From a virus, in the IMG/VR virus record IMGVR_UViG_3300010401_000001, positions 25,856 to 89,855 of that record: 64,000 nucleotides of DNA, one strand, 5' to 3'. How positions within the stretch are numbered: the stretch's first letter is position 1; every line of letters starts with the position of its first letter. The notes beneath the pieces were generated by a model. It did not search any database, was not told where the DNA came from, and was given only the letters and a program-made list of their open reading frames with translations. Shown here one piece after another: positions 8,833 to 20,972 of this stretch. Both the position numbers and the translations under genes were made by a program.

Positions 8833-9465
8833 ATGACCAAGAAGATCACGAACACGACCCAAGAACTCGTCGATCGCCCCGAGATGATGCTGGTGGATAT
8901 GCTCGCCGGCGGACCAGGGGCGATCGAGCGCTCAGAGGCGCGCGGACAGCGCGAGCTTGTCTGCGCCGCCGTCCTGCCGACCGATGGGCTCGGTCTTCAG
9001 TACCCGCCACAGCGCGCCGTCTGGGAGGCGATGGGCATCAAGCTCGGCGACCAGGTCGCAGGTGACGAGATGTTCACCAACGTCTCGCTGCCGGTTGATT
9101 GGCTGAAGCGACCGACCGACCACTCGATGTGGTCGGAACTGATCGACGATCGCGGACGGGTGAGGGGCCGCATATTCTACAATGCCGCGTTCTACGATCG
9201 ATCGGCCAGCATCACGCCGGTAACGCGGTTCACGGTCAGACGGGACTTCGACCGCGTCGACTACAGCAAGGTCATGCAGTACCGGGTGCTCGACTGCGGC
9301 AAGGTGGCGTTTGCCAGCTCGGAGCATCCGATCCCTATCGTCAACGGCAAGCAGGACTGGGAAGCGACAGATCGTCTCGAAGAGCAAGCGGTGGCCGAGT
9401 GCAAGGCGTGGCTCGAACAGCACGGGTACCCGGACTTCGCGAACCCCGCGGCGTACTGGGCGTGA
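8833..9465 (+). CDS. conserved phage hypothetical protein
   Basis: GAGGAG RBS; IERSEARGQRELV...TDHSMWS...IFYNAAFYDR. Confidence 0.75.
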   Translation: MTKKITNTTQELVDRPEMMLVDMLAGGPGAIERSEARGQRELVCAAVLPTDGLGLQYPPQRAVWEAMGIKLGDQVAGDEMFTNVSLPVDWLKRPTDHSMWSELIDDRGRVRGRIFYNAAFYDRSASITPVTRFTVRRDFDRVDYSKVMQYRVLDCGKVAFASSEHPIPIVNGKQDWEATDRLEEQAVAECKAWLEQHGYPDFANPAAYWA

Positions 9466-9658
9466 TTCTGTCCCAGCATCGCAACAACGAGCCGCGACGA
9501 AAGCGCGGCGCATGAAAGGACGACGAAAGTGAACATCACAAAAACCGAGGTAACTGGCGAACGGTTGAGATCGAGGTGTCATTCTCTGCCGCGCTCGTCT
9601 TTCCGCGCTCGACGAGCGCGAAGCTAGCGGAACCTCCACAGCAAGCGGAGCCAGTACC

Positions 9659-9985
9659 ATGACGACGACCCACGCCAGGCCACGTCACCTCTATCGCCTT
9701 CCCGACGGTCGCGAAGTAGCGATCATCTTCGACCATGGCGAAGTCCCGCCGCAGACGTCGGCGTTACAGATCGAGAGCGGTGAGGTCGTCCCGATGACGC
9801 TCGTGGCGACCGCTGACAACCTTACCGACGCACAGATCGACGAGTTTCGCGAGTCGCTACCGCGAGGTCATTTCGCGCTGCAGTGGACCATCGATGCGGT
9901 CGTCGATCCACCGGGAAACCGCCGCAACAACGCGCGACGCGAAGTCGCCGCGCTCATCAACGCCCGCGCGAAGGCGGTGCGGTGA
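9659..9985 (+). CDS. hypothetical protein carrying the duplicated domain
   Basis: C-terminus paralogous to 5788-5994. Confidence 0.65.
   Translation: MTTTHARPRHLYRLPDGREVAIIFDHGEVPPQTSALQIESGEVVPMTLVATADNLTDAQIDEFRESLPRGHFALQWTIDAVVDPPGNRRNNARREVAALINARAKAVR
9804..9982 (+). repeat. 179-bp imperfect direct repeat, copy 2
   Basis: See 5810-5988. Confidence 0.9.
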
Positions 9986-10338
9986 TGCTGCAGGACGACT
10001 CGGTTTCACTCGCCGCACAGCCGACCACCATGACCGAGCAAGACTGGCGCGCCCTTGGCGAGCGCCTCTTCGGCGCGAGCATGGACCAGTGGCGCTTCAA
10101 ATGCCCGACCTGTGGGCACGTCATGTCGATGGAGAAGGCCCGCGCCATGCCAGAGGAGGCCAAGGCCAAGCTGCGCAATCGCTGGTCAATCGAACAGGAA
10201 TGCGTCGGTCGCTACCTCACCGATCAGGGCTGCGATTGGTGCGCGTACGGCCTGTTCAGCGGCCCGTTTTTCGTCACGCGTGGCGATAAAACGACGCCAG
10301 TGTTTGGGTTCGACACCTCACCTGCAGAGGCCCCATGA
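9985..10338 (+). CDS. VVA0879-like phage protein
   Basis: WRFKCPTCGHV...CVGR...GCDWCAYGLF. Confidence 0.7.
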   Translation: MLQDDSVSLAAQPTTMTEQDWRALGERLFGASMDQWRFKCPTCGHVMSMEKARAMPEEAKAKLRNRWSIEQECVGRYLTDQGCDWCAYGLFSGPFFVTRGDKTTPVFGFDTSPAEAP

Positions 10339-10607
10339 AGATCGAAGACGGCATGACCACCGAACAACGTGCGGTGCAGGATAGCCTGGAGGCCAAGGCG
10401 CGCGACCTTGCCAGGACGCTCGACAGGTCGCTCAACCCGGCGATGCGGAATCCTCGCGACAAGGAGAAGCGCACCGTCGGGTTCGCGCTATTGATCTTCG
10501 CGTTCGGCGACGCGCCGCAGCCGGCGACCTGGATCAGCAACGCGGATCGCGGTGACATGATCCATGCGGTCGAGGAGTGGCTCGAGCGCGCGAAGGCGCG
10601 GACGTGA
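10335..10607 (+). CDS. conserved phage hypothetical protein
   Basis: VGFALLIFAFGD...WISNADRGDM. Confidence 0.7.
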   Translation: MKIEDGMTTEQRAVQDSLEAKARDLARTLDRSLNPAMRNPRDKEKRTVGFALLIFAFGDAPQPATWISNADRGDMIHAVEEWLERAKART

Positions 10608-10843
10608 GCGCCGCCTTCCACCGCGCGGTAGCGCTCGACACCCGCATCAGCGTTGCGGTCGCCGAGCTCAGCGTCGGGATGCTGATCGACCCGCGGCTGT
10701 GCGCGCGGCTCGGCATCGGCGCCGAGCTCGACCAGGTCGTGGCGACGCTGCAGCGTAACCTCGACACGCTGCGGGCCGAGCTGCGCCGCATGACCGACGA
10801 CCCGTATCCGCAGCAACCAGGCGAGAGAGGACCGACGACATGA
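10604..10843 (+). CDS. hypothetical protein
   Basis: GTGA coupling. Confidence 0.5.
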   Translation: MSAAFHRAVALDTRISVAVAELSVGMLIDPRLCARLGIGAELDQVVATLQRNLDTLRAELRRMTDDPYPQQPGERGPTT

Positions 10844-11262
10844 GCGACGATAGACCGAGCATCGCGGAGCTGAAAGCGAGCATGGACGCCGCAGACCCGG
10901 CGCCATGGTACTCGAGCACAAGCCGATACCAGTCAGACTGCGTGTTCACCGGCGGACCCGATGCGGCAGTCAACGGAGATGCCCGCGTTGTGGTTCAGGC
11001 CAACCCAAACTTCCCGTATCGCGGCAACCTGGATGGCATCGTGGCAATGCGGAACGCCGCGCCGGTGCTGCTCGAGATCGCAGCGGCTGCGCTGGCGTTG
11101 AAGCAGGCTGGTATCGAAGGTGACGAGGTGATTCGTCTGATGAACGCCGCAACCACGGCGGATGAATATAGTGCAGCCTGCGCGTTGGCTCCGCGCGTCG
11201 AAGAGAAAAGACGTGACGCGCTGCGCGCTCTTGATGTTGCACTGTCCAAGGTGCGACCGTGA
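10840..11262 (+). CDS. Ead/Ea22-like protein
   Basis: APW...IVAMRNAAPVLLE. Confidence 0.5.
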   Translation: MSDDRPSIAELKASMDAADPAPWYSSTSRYQSDCVFTGGPDAAVNGDARVVVQANPNFPYRGNLDGIVAMRNAAPVLLEIAAAALALKQAGIEGDEVIRLMNAATTADEYSAACALAPRVEEKRRDALRALDVALSKVRP

Positions 11263-11483
11263 ACTCGGCGCCGCTCACCAAGTCGTCGGCCGAGACCGTT
11301 CAGACGGTTGAGCACCATCACCTGAGCCACCGGCGCAACGTGGCCGCCGAGCCGTGCGATTTCTGCGGCGCAGAGGTAGGCCGTTCATGCCGACGGAGGC
11401 AATGGAACGCAGCCACCCGTAGCTACAAGCCGGTGATTGGCAGCCGGGTGCGCGCGCCGCACATGACGAGGTCGGCCCAGTGA
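11259..11483 (+). CDS. small Zn-finger protein
   Basis: CDFCGA..G..C...H. Confidence 0.55.
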   Translation: MNSAPLTKSSAETVQTVEHHHLSHRRNVAAEPCDFCGAEVGRSCRRRQWNAATRSYKPVIGSRVRAPHMTRSAQ

Positions 11484-11709
11484 AGGTCGACCTCGACGAC
11501 CTCGAGCACAAGGCTCGATTGCAGAACCACGGCGTGCTGTGCGCTGAGCCGCCTTGTTGTTGCTGCGCGCCAGTAACTATTGCGCTGATCGCTCGCATCC
11601 GCGAGCTCGAGGCCGCTGCGCGCGAGGTCGCAGATGCTCCTCACCGACATGCTCAGGCCGGCCGCATCGGAATCATGCGGTCGGTGCTCGACAAAGGCGT
11701 GGTGTTGCC

Positions 11710-11713
<4 letters not shown>
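11480..11713 (+). CDS. Ead/Ea22-like small protein
   Basis: DLDDLE...PVTIALIARIRELE. Confidence 0.55.
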
Positions 11714-15117
<3,404 letters not shown>

Positions 15118-15127
15118 GGTAGGGTAA

Positions 15128-15301
15128 ATGATGAAGCAAAAACCGAAACAAAAACTAGCACTTCGACACGAAACCATCCGCCAGCTGGAGGCGCTCGACC
15201 TGCGCCGCGCCGTCGGTGGTGACGGCGCGCCGCTGGCGTTCGACACCGGGCAGATCCACTGTGGGACGAGCGTCGCGGCAGCGACGGCCGGCGGAGGGTG
15301 A
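15128..15301 (+). CDS. 57-aa double-glycine leader peptide precursor (below ORF-track cutoff)
   Basis: MMKQKPKQKLALRHETIRQLEALDLRRAVGG|DGAPLAFDTGQIHCGTSVAAATAGGG. Confidence 0.75.
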   Translation: MMKQKPKQKLALRHETIRQLEALDLRRAVGGDGAPLAFDTGQIHCGTSVAAATAGGG

Positions 15302-15312
15302 GGCATCGACCG

Positions 15313-15364
15313 ATCTAAATTCGCCATGCGAAACTTGTTGACATTTCGCATGGCGAATTTAGAT
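15313..15364. repeat. perfect 21-bp inverted repeat with 10-nt loop
   Basis: ATCTAAATTCGCCATGCGAAA-CTTGTTGACA-TTTCGCATGGCGAATTTAGAT. Confidence 0.95.
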
Positions 15365-15365
15365 T
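15338..15365 (+). promoter_or_regulatory. sigma70-type promoter embedded in the inverted repeat
   Basis: TTGACA-N16-TAGATT-N6-ATG(15372). Confidence 0.7.
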
Positions 15366-15371
15366 AAGGGA

Positions 15372-15830
15372 ATGACGAACACGAACGCCGGTACCACCGT
15401 AAATGAGTCCACGATTGCCCGCGTAGCGAAGTACATCGCCCAACCGTACGGCGCCCTTTGGGCGTCCATCGCCCACGATCTCGTCGGGGCCCGTCTCTCC
15501 GAGGTCGCAGCCGAGCTTATGGATTCCGCCGAGGGCGATCCCGACCCCGATGTCAGCGCGACCTGGCGCGCCTGCGCGTTCGTGTTAGCCGAGGATGCGC
15601 GTCAGGCGGCTCCGACGCAACCCGTGGCGCGCGGGCTGGCTGACGTTGCGCAGATCGTCGGCGAGGTCAGCGTGGTCGCCGGCGCGGCACGCTGGGCCGC
15701 CGGTGCAGTCGCACTCCACGTCCGCCGCGCCCTCGACCGGCGCCGCCAGGAGCAACTCGCCGGTATCGAGCCGAGCTCGCTGATCGAGCTTGACGAAGTT
15801 CCCACGGCTGGCAAGCAGGTGTCGCGATGA
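15372..15830 (+). CDS. hypothetical protein
   Basis: ORF right after the promoter. Confidence 0.6.
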   Translation: MTNTNAGTTVNESTIARVAKYIAQPYGALWASIAHDLVGARLSEVAAELMDSAEGDPDPDVSATWRACAFVLAEDARQAAPTQPVARGLADVAQIVGEVSVVAGAARWAAGAVALHVRRALDRRRQEQLAGIEPSSLIELDEVPTAGKQVSR

Positions 15831-17044
15831 TCGCCGTCGACGCCGCGCGTGGCATGCACGTCGGAGAATTGCGCCGTCTCCGCGATGACCCGGTCGCGCG
15901 CCGACAGGTCGAGCTCCGTGATGCCGGAACGGACATCGTGCTCGGCGTGCTCGACGGACTTGGCTACCGCTACAGTGGCACCGGCGGCTGGCACATCACC
16001 GCGTACGCCACGCCCGAGCATATGCTCGGGCTCGTGAATATCGCCAAGGGGATCGCGGTGCTCACGTCCGTGCCACTTGATTCGCACATCGTCGAGGCGT
16101 TGACCGTACCGGCTCAGGCCACCGGACCGCAGGTGAGTGGCGCCGCGGCGTGGACATCGCCCGACGCCGGCGAGGGGCACCGGGCGAGCGCTCCCGAGGG
16201 ATGGGTGCAGCTGTTCGTCGACGTGAGAGCCTCAGCTCGTGGGGAGCCCTACACCGCCGCGCGGCGAACGCCGGCGCCGCGGATCACCTGCCGGGCTCGC
16301 GTCGTGCGATGGGGGCTGGCCACGTGCTACGAGGGCCGGCCCGGCGACCCTGGGCCGCGGTCCCTTGCGCCGCGGGAAGGCGACGAGCTGGAGCCATTCG
16401 CCGACTGGCCACTGGACCGCGAGATCCGCCGGCGAATGGCCGCCGTAGCCGATGACCGCCTCCGCGCGCTGGCTAGGCGACTCGCCGTCGTCGCTGGAGT
16501 TGATCTGGAGCCGTACCTCGCGCGGCCGCACTCGCCGGGTCTGTCCAGTGCCTGGCGCGCGGCTGCGCTCCCATACCACCCGTTAGGATACGCCGGGGCG
16601 CGCGACGTCGCGACCTCGGTCACGTCCGCCGCGCCACATCGCCTGCTCCGCGAGCACGGCGTCACGTGGTGCGCAGCCTGGGAGACGAACCATGTGGCCG
16701 GGGCGAGCTACCACAGCCTGCTCGAGCAGCTACTGCGGCGCATCCTCGTGCAGCGCCTCGAGCCGATCGCCGCGGCGATCCGCGAACAGCTCGAACCGCT
16801 CAGCGACATGACGCCGGCGCCCGGCCAGCAGGAGCACATGCCGCTGCATGCGCTGCACGCCGCGATGGAGCCTGCGGTCGCCGCGTCGATCGATCCGATC
16901 GCCAAGCGGCTGCTCGGCTACTTCGACTTAGATACTAGGAAAATGACCAGGCCGGTGCGCGCCGAGCTGCTGGCGATCTACTACTCAGCCGGGCCGGTCG
17001 TTGTCGACATCCCGCACGACCAGTCCGGCCGGAGGGATTCGTGA
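15827..17044 (+). CDS. hypothetical protein (405 aa)
   Basis: ATGA-coupled long ORF. Confidence 0.6.
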   Translation: MIAVDAARGMHVGELRRLRDDPVARRQVELRDAGTDIVLGVLDGLGYRYSGTGGWHITAYATPEHMLGLVNIAKGIAVLTSVPLDSHIVEALTVPAQATGPQVSGAAAWTSPDAGEGHRASAPEGWVQLFVDVRASARGEPYTAARRTPAPRITCRARVVRWGLATCYEGRPGDPGPRSLAPREGDELEPFADWPLDREIRRRMAAVADDRLRALARRLAVVAGVDLEPYLARPHSPGLSSAWRAAALPYHPLGYAGARDVATSVTSAAPHRLLREHGVTWCAAWETNHVAGASYHSLLEQLLRRILVQRLEPIAAAIREQLEPLSDMTPAPGQQEHMPLHALHAAMEPAVAASIDPIAKRLLGYFDLDTRKMTRPVRAELLAIYYSAGPVVVDIPHDQSGRRDS

Positions 17045-17382
17045 GCTACGGGGCCCGCGTCGACGCGTTGCTTGACCGCCTCGGCGGCGACCTCACCGAG
17101 GCGGACTTTCGCGCGCTCGCGCTGGCCTGCATCGACCAGGCTGGCGTAGGCACGCGAGACCAGGATGCAATCCGTGGGATCCTGCAGGCGGATGCCTTCG
17201 CGCGGGATGCGATCGCCGCTCGGATCGCCGACCTCGATACTATTGATCCGGCGCCGGGCTGGGAGGACCGCGCGGTCGCCCGGGCGCGTCGCGAGGGCGT
17301 GCTGCGACCGGTCGCCACATGCGCGCTCTGCAGCCGCGATGACGGCCGCCACGAGCCGGGCTGCGAGGCGCCGCTGGTATGA
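17041..17382 (+). CDS. hypothetical protein, C-terminal CxxC..H..C
   Basis: Coupled ORF. Confidence 0.55.
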   Translation: MSYGARVDALLDRLGGDLTEADFRALALACIDQAGVGTRDQDAIRGILQADAFARDAIAARIADLDTIDPAPGWEDRAVARARREGVLRPVATCALCSRDDGRHEPGCEAPLV

Positions 17383-17753
17383 CTCGCCGAATCACACCAT
17401 GGACGCTCTACGCGAGCGTCGAGCTCCCATCTCACTGGATCGGCACGGATAAGTCCAAAGCGCTCTATCAGTGGCCGCGGTCTGGCAAGTGGTCGCAGCG
17501 CGAGCTGTACTCCGGACACCTGCCCGACCTGTATCCGGTCGCCGCCGCACTCGCCCGCGGCACAGGGTGGCCAGGGGCCGGCGTTGGCCGGCGCCGATCG
17601 GCCGGCGATGTCTCCGGCACGAACCGCACGATCCGCATCCCTGACCGCGACTGGAAGGCGATCGGCGACATCGCCGAGCGGCAAGGACAGCAGACCAGCG
17701 AGACCGTGCGCGAGGCCATCAAGCTGGCGATCGCCCGCGGCAGTACGCGGTAA
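17379..17753 (+). CDS. protein with C-terminal ribbon-helix-helix
   Basis: NRTIRIPDRDWKAIGDIAERQGQQTSETVREAI. Confidence 0.7.
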   Translation: MTRRITPWTLYASVELPSHWIGTDKSKALYQWPRSGKWSQRELYSGHLPDLYPVAAALARGTGWPGAGVGRRRSAGDVSGTNRTIRIPDRDWKAIGDIAERQGQQTSETVREAIKLAIARGSTR

Positions 17754-18605
17754 TCACCGGGCCGGAACGTCGCGCCACCGCGCTATGCCGAGCAGCCGGG
17801 CACGAGCCAGCGAGGCCGGGCCCACGAAGCCATCGGTGACGAGCGGCGAGTTCGTCAGCCCGCGCCGGCTCGCCTCGGCGTTCAGCCATGTTTGCCGCGC
17901 GCGACCAATGTGAAGGTCCTCGTCGGCCGAGTAGTCGAGCGCCTCGGCCCCGCGCGCGTGGAGCGCTCCGTAGATGGCATCTCCCGGATCGCCGCGGCCG
18001 CGCGCGCTGGTATTGTCGCGATGGCCGAACACGCCGACGCAGTCCGGGCCCCCGAGGTTGTGCCGATGCCCGCCGTCGCTCACCTCCATGCGGAGCAGCG
18101 GCGCGTTGCGGTACGGCGCGCAATGGAACTGGAACGGGATGCCGATGGCGTCGCAGAGCCCGGCGGCGATGAGCGCCGTGGCGTCGATCGTCGCCTGGCG
18201 GATCGCGCCGTCCTTGGCCACGAACATCTCGATCCCGACGCTCCAATCGTTGCTGCCCTCGGCGTGGTAGGCGCACGTGTACGCCAGGTCGCATAGGCAC
18301 ACGACCGTGCCGGCGCTGTCGACGAGGGCCTGCGCCGCGCTCGAGGTCGGATCCGTGCGCCAGATGTCGGCGTATCGCGCCGCTTCGCCGCCGGGCCCCG
18401 CGCCGGGTACGACGTGCTGATCATCGCCGGTGACGCTGTGGATGATGACCTGGCGTACCCACAGCGTCTTGCGCGGCCGGTAGTCGCGGATGTCGAGGTA
18501 CGCCCAGTCCGGACCGTTGCCGGGCGGCAGCCGCGGCGGGATCACGGTGACACCGGTGACGGGAACGATCAGGCCGGCAATGAGCAGGCCGCCGGAGGTC
18601 GTCAT
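17754..18605 (-). CDS. endolysin, N-acetylmuramoyl-L-alanine amidase
   Basis: IIHSVTG, YHAEGSNDWSVGIE, GHRD...DPG; C-terminal DGFVGP peptidoglycan-binding-like motif. Confidence 0.85.
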   Translation of the reverse strand: MTTSGGLLIAGLIVPVTGVTVIPPRLPPGNGPDWAYLDIRDYRPRKTLWVRQVIIHSVTGDDQHVVPGAGPGGEAARYADIWRTDPTSSAAQALVDSAGTVVCLCDLAYTCAYHAEGSNDWSVGIEMFVAKDGAIRQATIDATALIAAGLCDAIGIPFQFHCAPYRNAPLLRMEVSDGGHRHNLGGPDCVGVFGHRDNTSARGRGDPGDAIYGALHARGAEALDYSADEDLHIGRARQTWLNAEASRRGLTNSPLVTDGFVGPASLARARLLGIARWRDVPAR

Positions 18606-18997
18606 TTGCTGTCTCCGCAGAACACGATCTGCCCGTTCTGGATGAAGCCGTGAAACGCGCAGAAATGGCTCTCGTTGAGGTACTCGGGTAGCGCGCCGGC
18701 GGCGAGCGCGGCTTCGCGGCTCGCGTAGGTCGGGATCCTCCGGATGCTCGGCGACAGCGTCAGCGTCTCGAACGTGTCTCCGGTGCGCTGCCAGACCGCG
18801 CCGTTCTGCTGCCACCCCGGGGTCGGCGAGCCGTCGAACGCCGGGGAGAACGGGATCACGTGCGAGCAGCCCTCGTGTCCCTCAGGGCAGTCGAAGTGCA
18901 CGCCGCGCGGTACGTCGTCACCTGCCGGCTGGCCGGCATACCGCCCGGTCACCCACCGCGGGTGGCAGTCGACCAGCCGCGTTAGGCGCTCGCTCAC
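18602..18997 (-). CDS. DUF6527-like Cys/His protein
   Basis: FDCP...C...TLSPSI...CAFHGFIQNG. Confidence 0.6.
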   Translation of the reverse strand: MSERLTRLVDCHPRWVTGRYAGQPAGDDVPRGVHFDCPEGHEGCSHVIPFSPAFDGSPTPGWQQNGAVWQRTGDTFETLTLSPSIRRIPTYASREAALAAGALPEYLNESHFCAFHGFIQNGQIVFCGDSK

Positions 18998-19233
18998 GGC
19001 TTGGCCAGCGCTGCGCGGACCGCGGCGTCCTTGGCCTCGAGCAGCTTCCTCAGCGCGACCGTGCGCTCCGGGTTGCGCGGCAACGGGAACTGCACGGGCG
19101 TTCCGGCCGGCATCTCACCGGCCGCAACGATGATCCGGGCGAGGTCGCCGAACGGCTTCGACACGGCCTGCAGCGCCGGCGGCAAGTGCTCGTAGGCGAA
19201 GAACTGGATGATGTGCTCGACGGGCTCCATCAC
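18994..19233 (-). CDS. conserved helical-hairpin phage protein (Acb2/Tad1-like?)
   Basis: FFAYEHLPPALQAVSKPF...ERTVALRKLLEAKDAAVRA. Confidence 0.7.
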   Translation of the reverse strand: MMEPVEHIIQFFAYEHLPPALQAVSKPFGDLARIIVAAGEMPAGTPVQFPLPRNPERTVALRKLLEAKDAAVRAALAKP

Positions 19234-19526
19234 GCCGCTCCGTCCGCCGGGTACTTCGCCAGCTCGGCCGCGTTCGCTGCCGCGGCCGCGGCATCGTCAG
19301 CCGCTTCGCCCGGGGCCAGCTTGTCGAGCTCGGCGATGATGTCGGCCGGCGAGAGCTGCGACGAAACACCGGCCTCGAGCGTGCGCAGGATGGCGTCGAC
19401 GGTCTGCAGCGCGGTGGCCGCGCCGGCTCCGCCCACGCCGGTGAGCGACTGGACGAGCTCGAGCGCGCGAAGCACGGGCTCGCCGTACTTCGCGAGGTCA
19501 GCCTTGATGGTGTTGGTGAGGCTCAT
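19230..19526 (-). CDS. hypothetical lysis-module protein
   Basis: Coupled ORF in the lysis cluster. Confidence 0.55.
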   Translation of the reverse strand: MSLTNTIKADLAKYGEPVLRALELVQSLTGVGGAGAATALQTVDAILRTLEAGVSSQLSPADIIAELDKLAPGEAADDAAAAAANAAELAKYPADGAA

Positions 19527-19527
19527 G

Positions 19528-20361
19528 TTACTTGCCCCCGGCGATGAAGGGCTTGACGCCGGCGATCAGCTGGCCGAGCGCGGCCTGCATGCTCGCGAGC
19601 GACTGGTCGTCTTTGGCGATCCATGCCGCGGCGATGGCGCGATACACGAGCGCGAACAGCGGATCGATCTTCGCCCGCTGGGCCTGGTACGACGCAAGCG
19701 CGGCGCCGGACGCGGCGACCTTCGCGGCACACTGGTCCTTCGTCTCAGCCGCGGGGTCGCAATGCGCGGTCAGGCCGAGCTCGTGGGCACGGTCATAGGC
19801 CAGGAAGCCATCGCGCGCGGAATCGGCAGCGATGAGCGCGGACCTGATCGTGGTCTCGCGCTGCGAAGCGCCGCACCCCATCACGGAGAACAGCGCGACG
19901 CCGGCGGCGGCCAGCATGAGCATCACCTGGGGGCGAGTGTACCCGGCCTGGCTGGACCTCGGCGGCGTGACCTGGGCGTCGGCGATGTGGAGCAGGCCGA
20001 GTACAGCCGTCGCGACCACGCCGCTCAGCGGCGTGCCGCCTATGTAGGCTTGCAGCGTCGTTCCGGCCACGCCGACGCCGGCCGTGATCCACGCGAGCCG
20101 CTTGCCTTGGGCGATCCAGTGCGTCGAGGCGTTGAGGCGCAGCAAGTAGCCGACCAGCACGTACATCAGCGTCAGGATGCCGACGAATGGCCCGTGGACG
20201 GCCAGGTAGCTGGCGATCGCGTCTGGCGTCGGCGGCGGAACGGCCGGGGCCTCACCGGTGGCGGCGCGCGCCACGCCGAGCATCCATGGGACGGTGATGA
20301 GCACCAGGGCGCCTGCGATGCAGTGCATGGCGAGTCGGATTGCAAATCGTATCGATTTCAT
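19528..20361 (-). CDS. multi-TM holin-like protein with internal lipoprotein-like segment
   Basis: Signal peptide, several hydrophobic segments, LFSVMGC lipobox-like motif. Confidence 0.6.
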   Translation of the reverse strand: MKSIRFAIRLAMHCIAGALVLITVPWMLGVARAATGEAPAVPPPTPDAIASYLAVHGPFVGILTLMYVLVGYLLRLNASTHWIAQGKRLAWITAGVGVAGTTLQAYIGGTPLSGVVATAVLGLLHIADAQVTPPRSSQAGYTRPQVMLMLAAAGVALFSVMGCGASQRETTIRSALIAADSARDGFLAYDRAHELGLTAHCDPAAETKDQCAAKVAASGAALASYQAQRAKIDPLFALVYRAIAAAWIAKDDQSLASMQAALGQLIAGVKPFIAGGK

Positions 20362-20936
20362 GGTCTTTCCTTGAGCTGGTTCGGTGTCCTGAGCTGGTCG
20401 AGCTGGCCTTGGAGGCGATCGACCTGACGGCTAAGGGTCTGGATCTCGTCGGTGACGTGCTGCTCGTCGCCGCCGCGGTGGTAGAGGAAGGCAGCGGCCG
20501 CGAGCACTGCCACGACGGTGCCGCGCAGGGCCCAGCTGGCGGCCTGGCGCGCGGGGCCCACGACCTGGGCGTGAGCCGCGACGGTCTCACCGATCTGGCC
20601 GACCGTGCCTCCGAGTAGCTGGACCGTGGTCCCGAGCTCGCGGTGCTGCTTGAGCAGGCGCCGCTCGAGACGTCGGATCACCGCGCTGAGCTCCATCGGC
20701 ATGACCGGAGCGCTCGGGTCCCGGTCGCTGCGATGGATCGCGTCCCAGTCCCGTCGGGTCGCGACGAGTGGCTCGTCATAGGGCGACGCCGTGTCGTCGC
20801 CGTCGTCGGCTTCAGGCAGTTCGTTCTGGGCCGCGACCACGGGGATGCCGCGGGGCCAGGTCCGCATGTGCCTCCGACGCTCCGCGTCGGTCGGCAGCCG
20901 CCTGGTCGGGTGGTCTGGGTCATCCGGATCGTCCAC
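20358..20936 (-). CDS. single-TM coiled-coil protein (holin/i-spanin-like)
   Basis: TM WALRGTVVAVLAAAAFLY plus coiled coil; late promoter motif upstream. Confidence 0.6.
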   Translation of the reverse strand: MDDPDDPDHPTRRLPTDAERRRHMRTWPRGIPVVAAQNELPEADDGDDTASPYDEPLVATRRDWDAIHRSDRDPSAPVMPMELSAVIRRLERRLLKQHRELGTTVQLLGGTVGQIGETVAAHAQVVGPARQAASWALRGTVVAVLAAAAFLYHRGGDEQHVTDEIQTLSRQVDRLQGQLDQLRTPNQLKERP

Positions 20937-20943
20937 TCCGGAC

Positions 20944-20972
20944 AGGTTCGCCGGGGCTGATGAAACGGTCGA
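20944..20972 (-). promoter_or_regulatory. late-class promoter motif
   Basis: TCGACC-N17-GAACCT-N7-GTG. Confidence 0.6.

Noticed and set aside
5810-9982. DGR template/variable repeat pair or attL/attR
   Set aside because: Differences are synonymous rather than adenine-specific, no reverse transcriptase is seen, and the true att core lies between the copies.
11554-11709. Longer kinase N-terminus from the ORF track
   Set aside because: Overlaps the upstream gene; the GTGA-coupled start at 11710 directly precedes the kinase fold.
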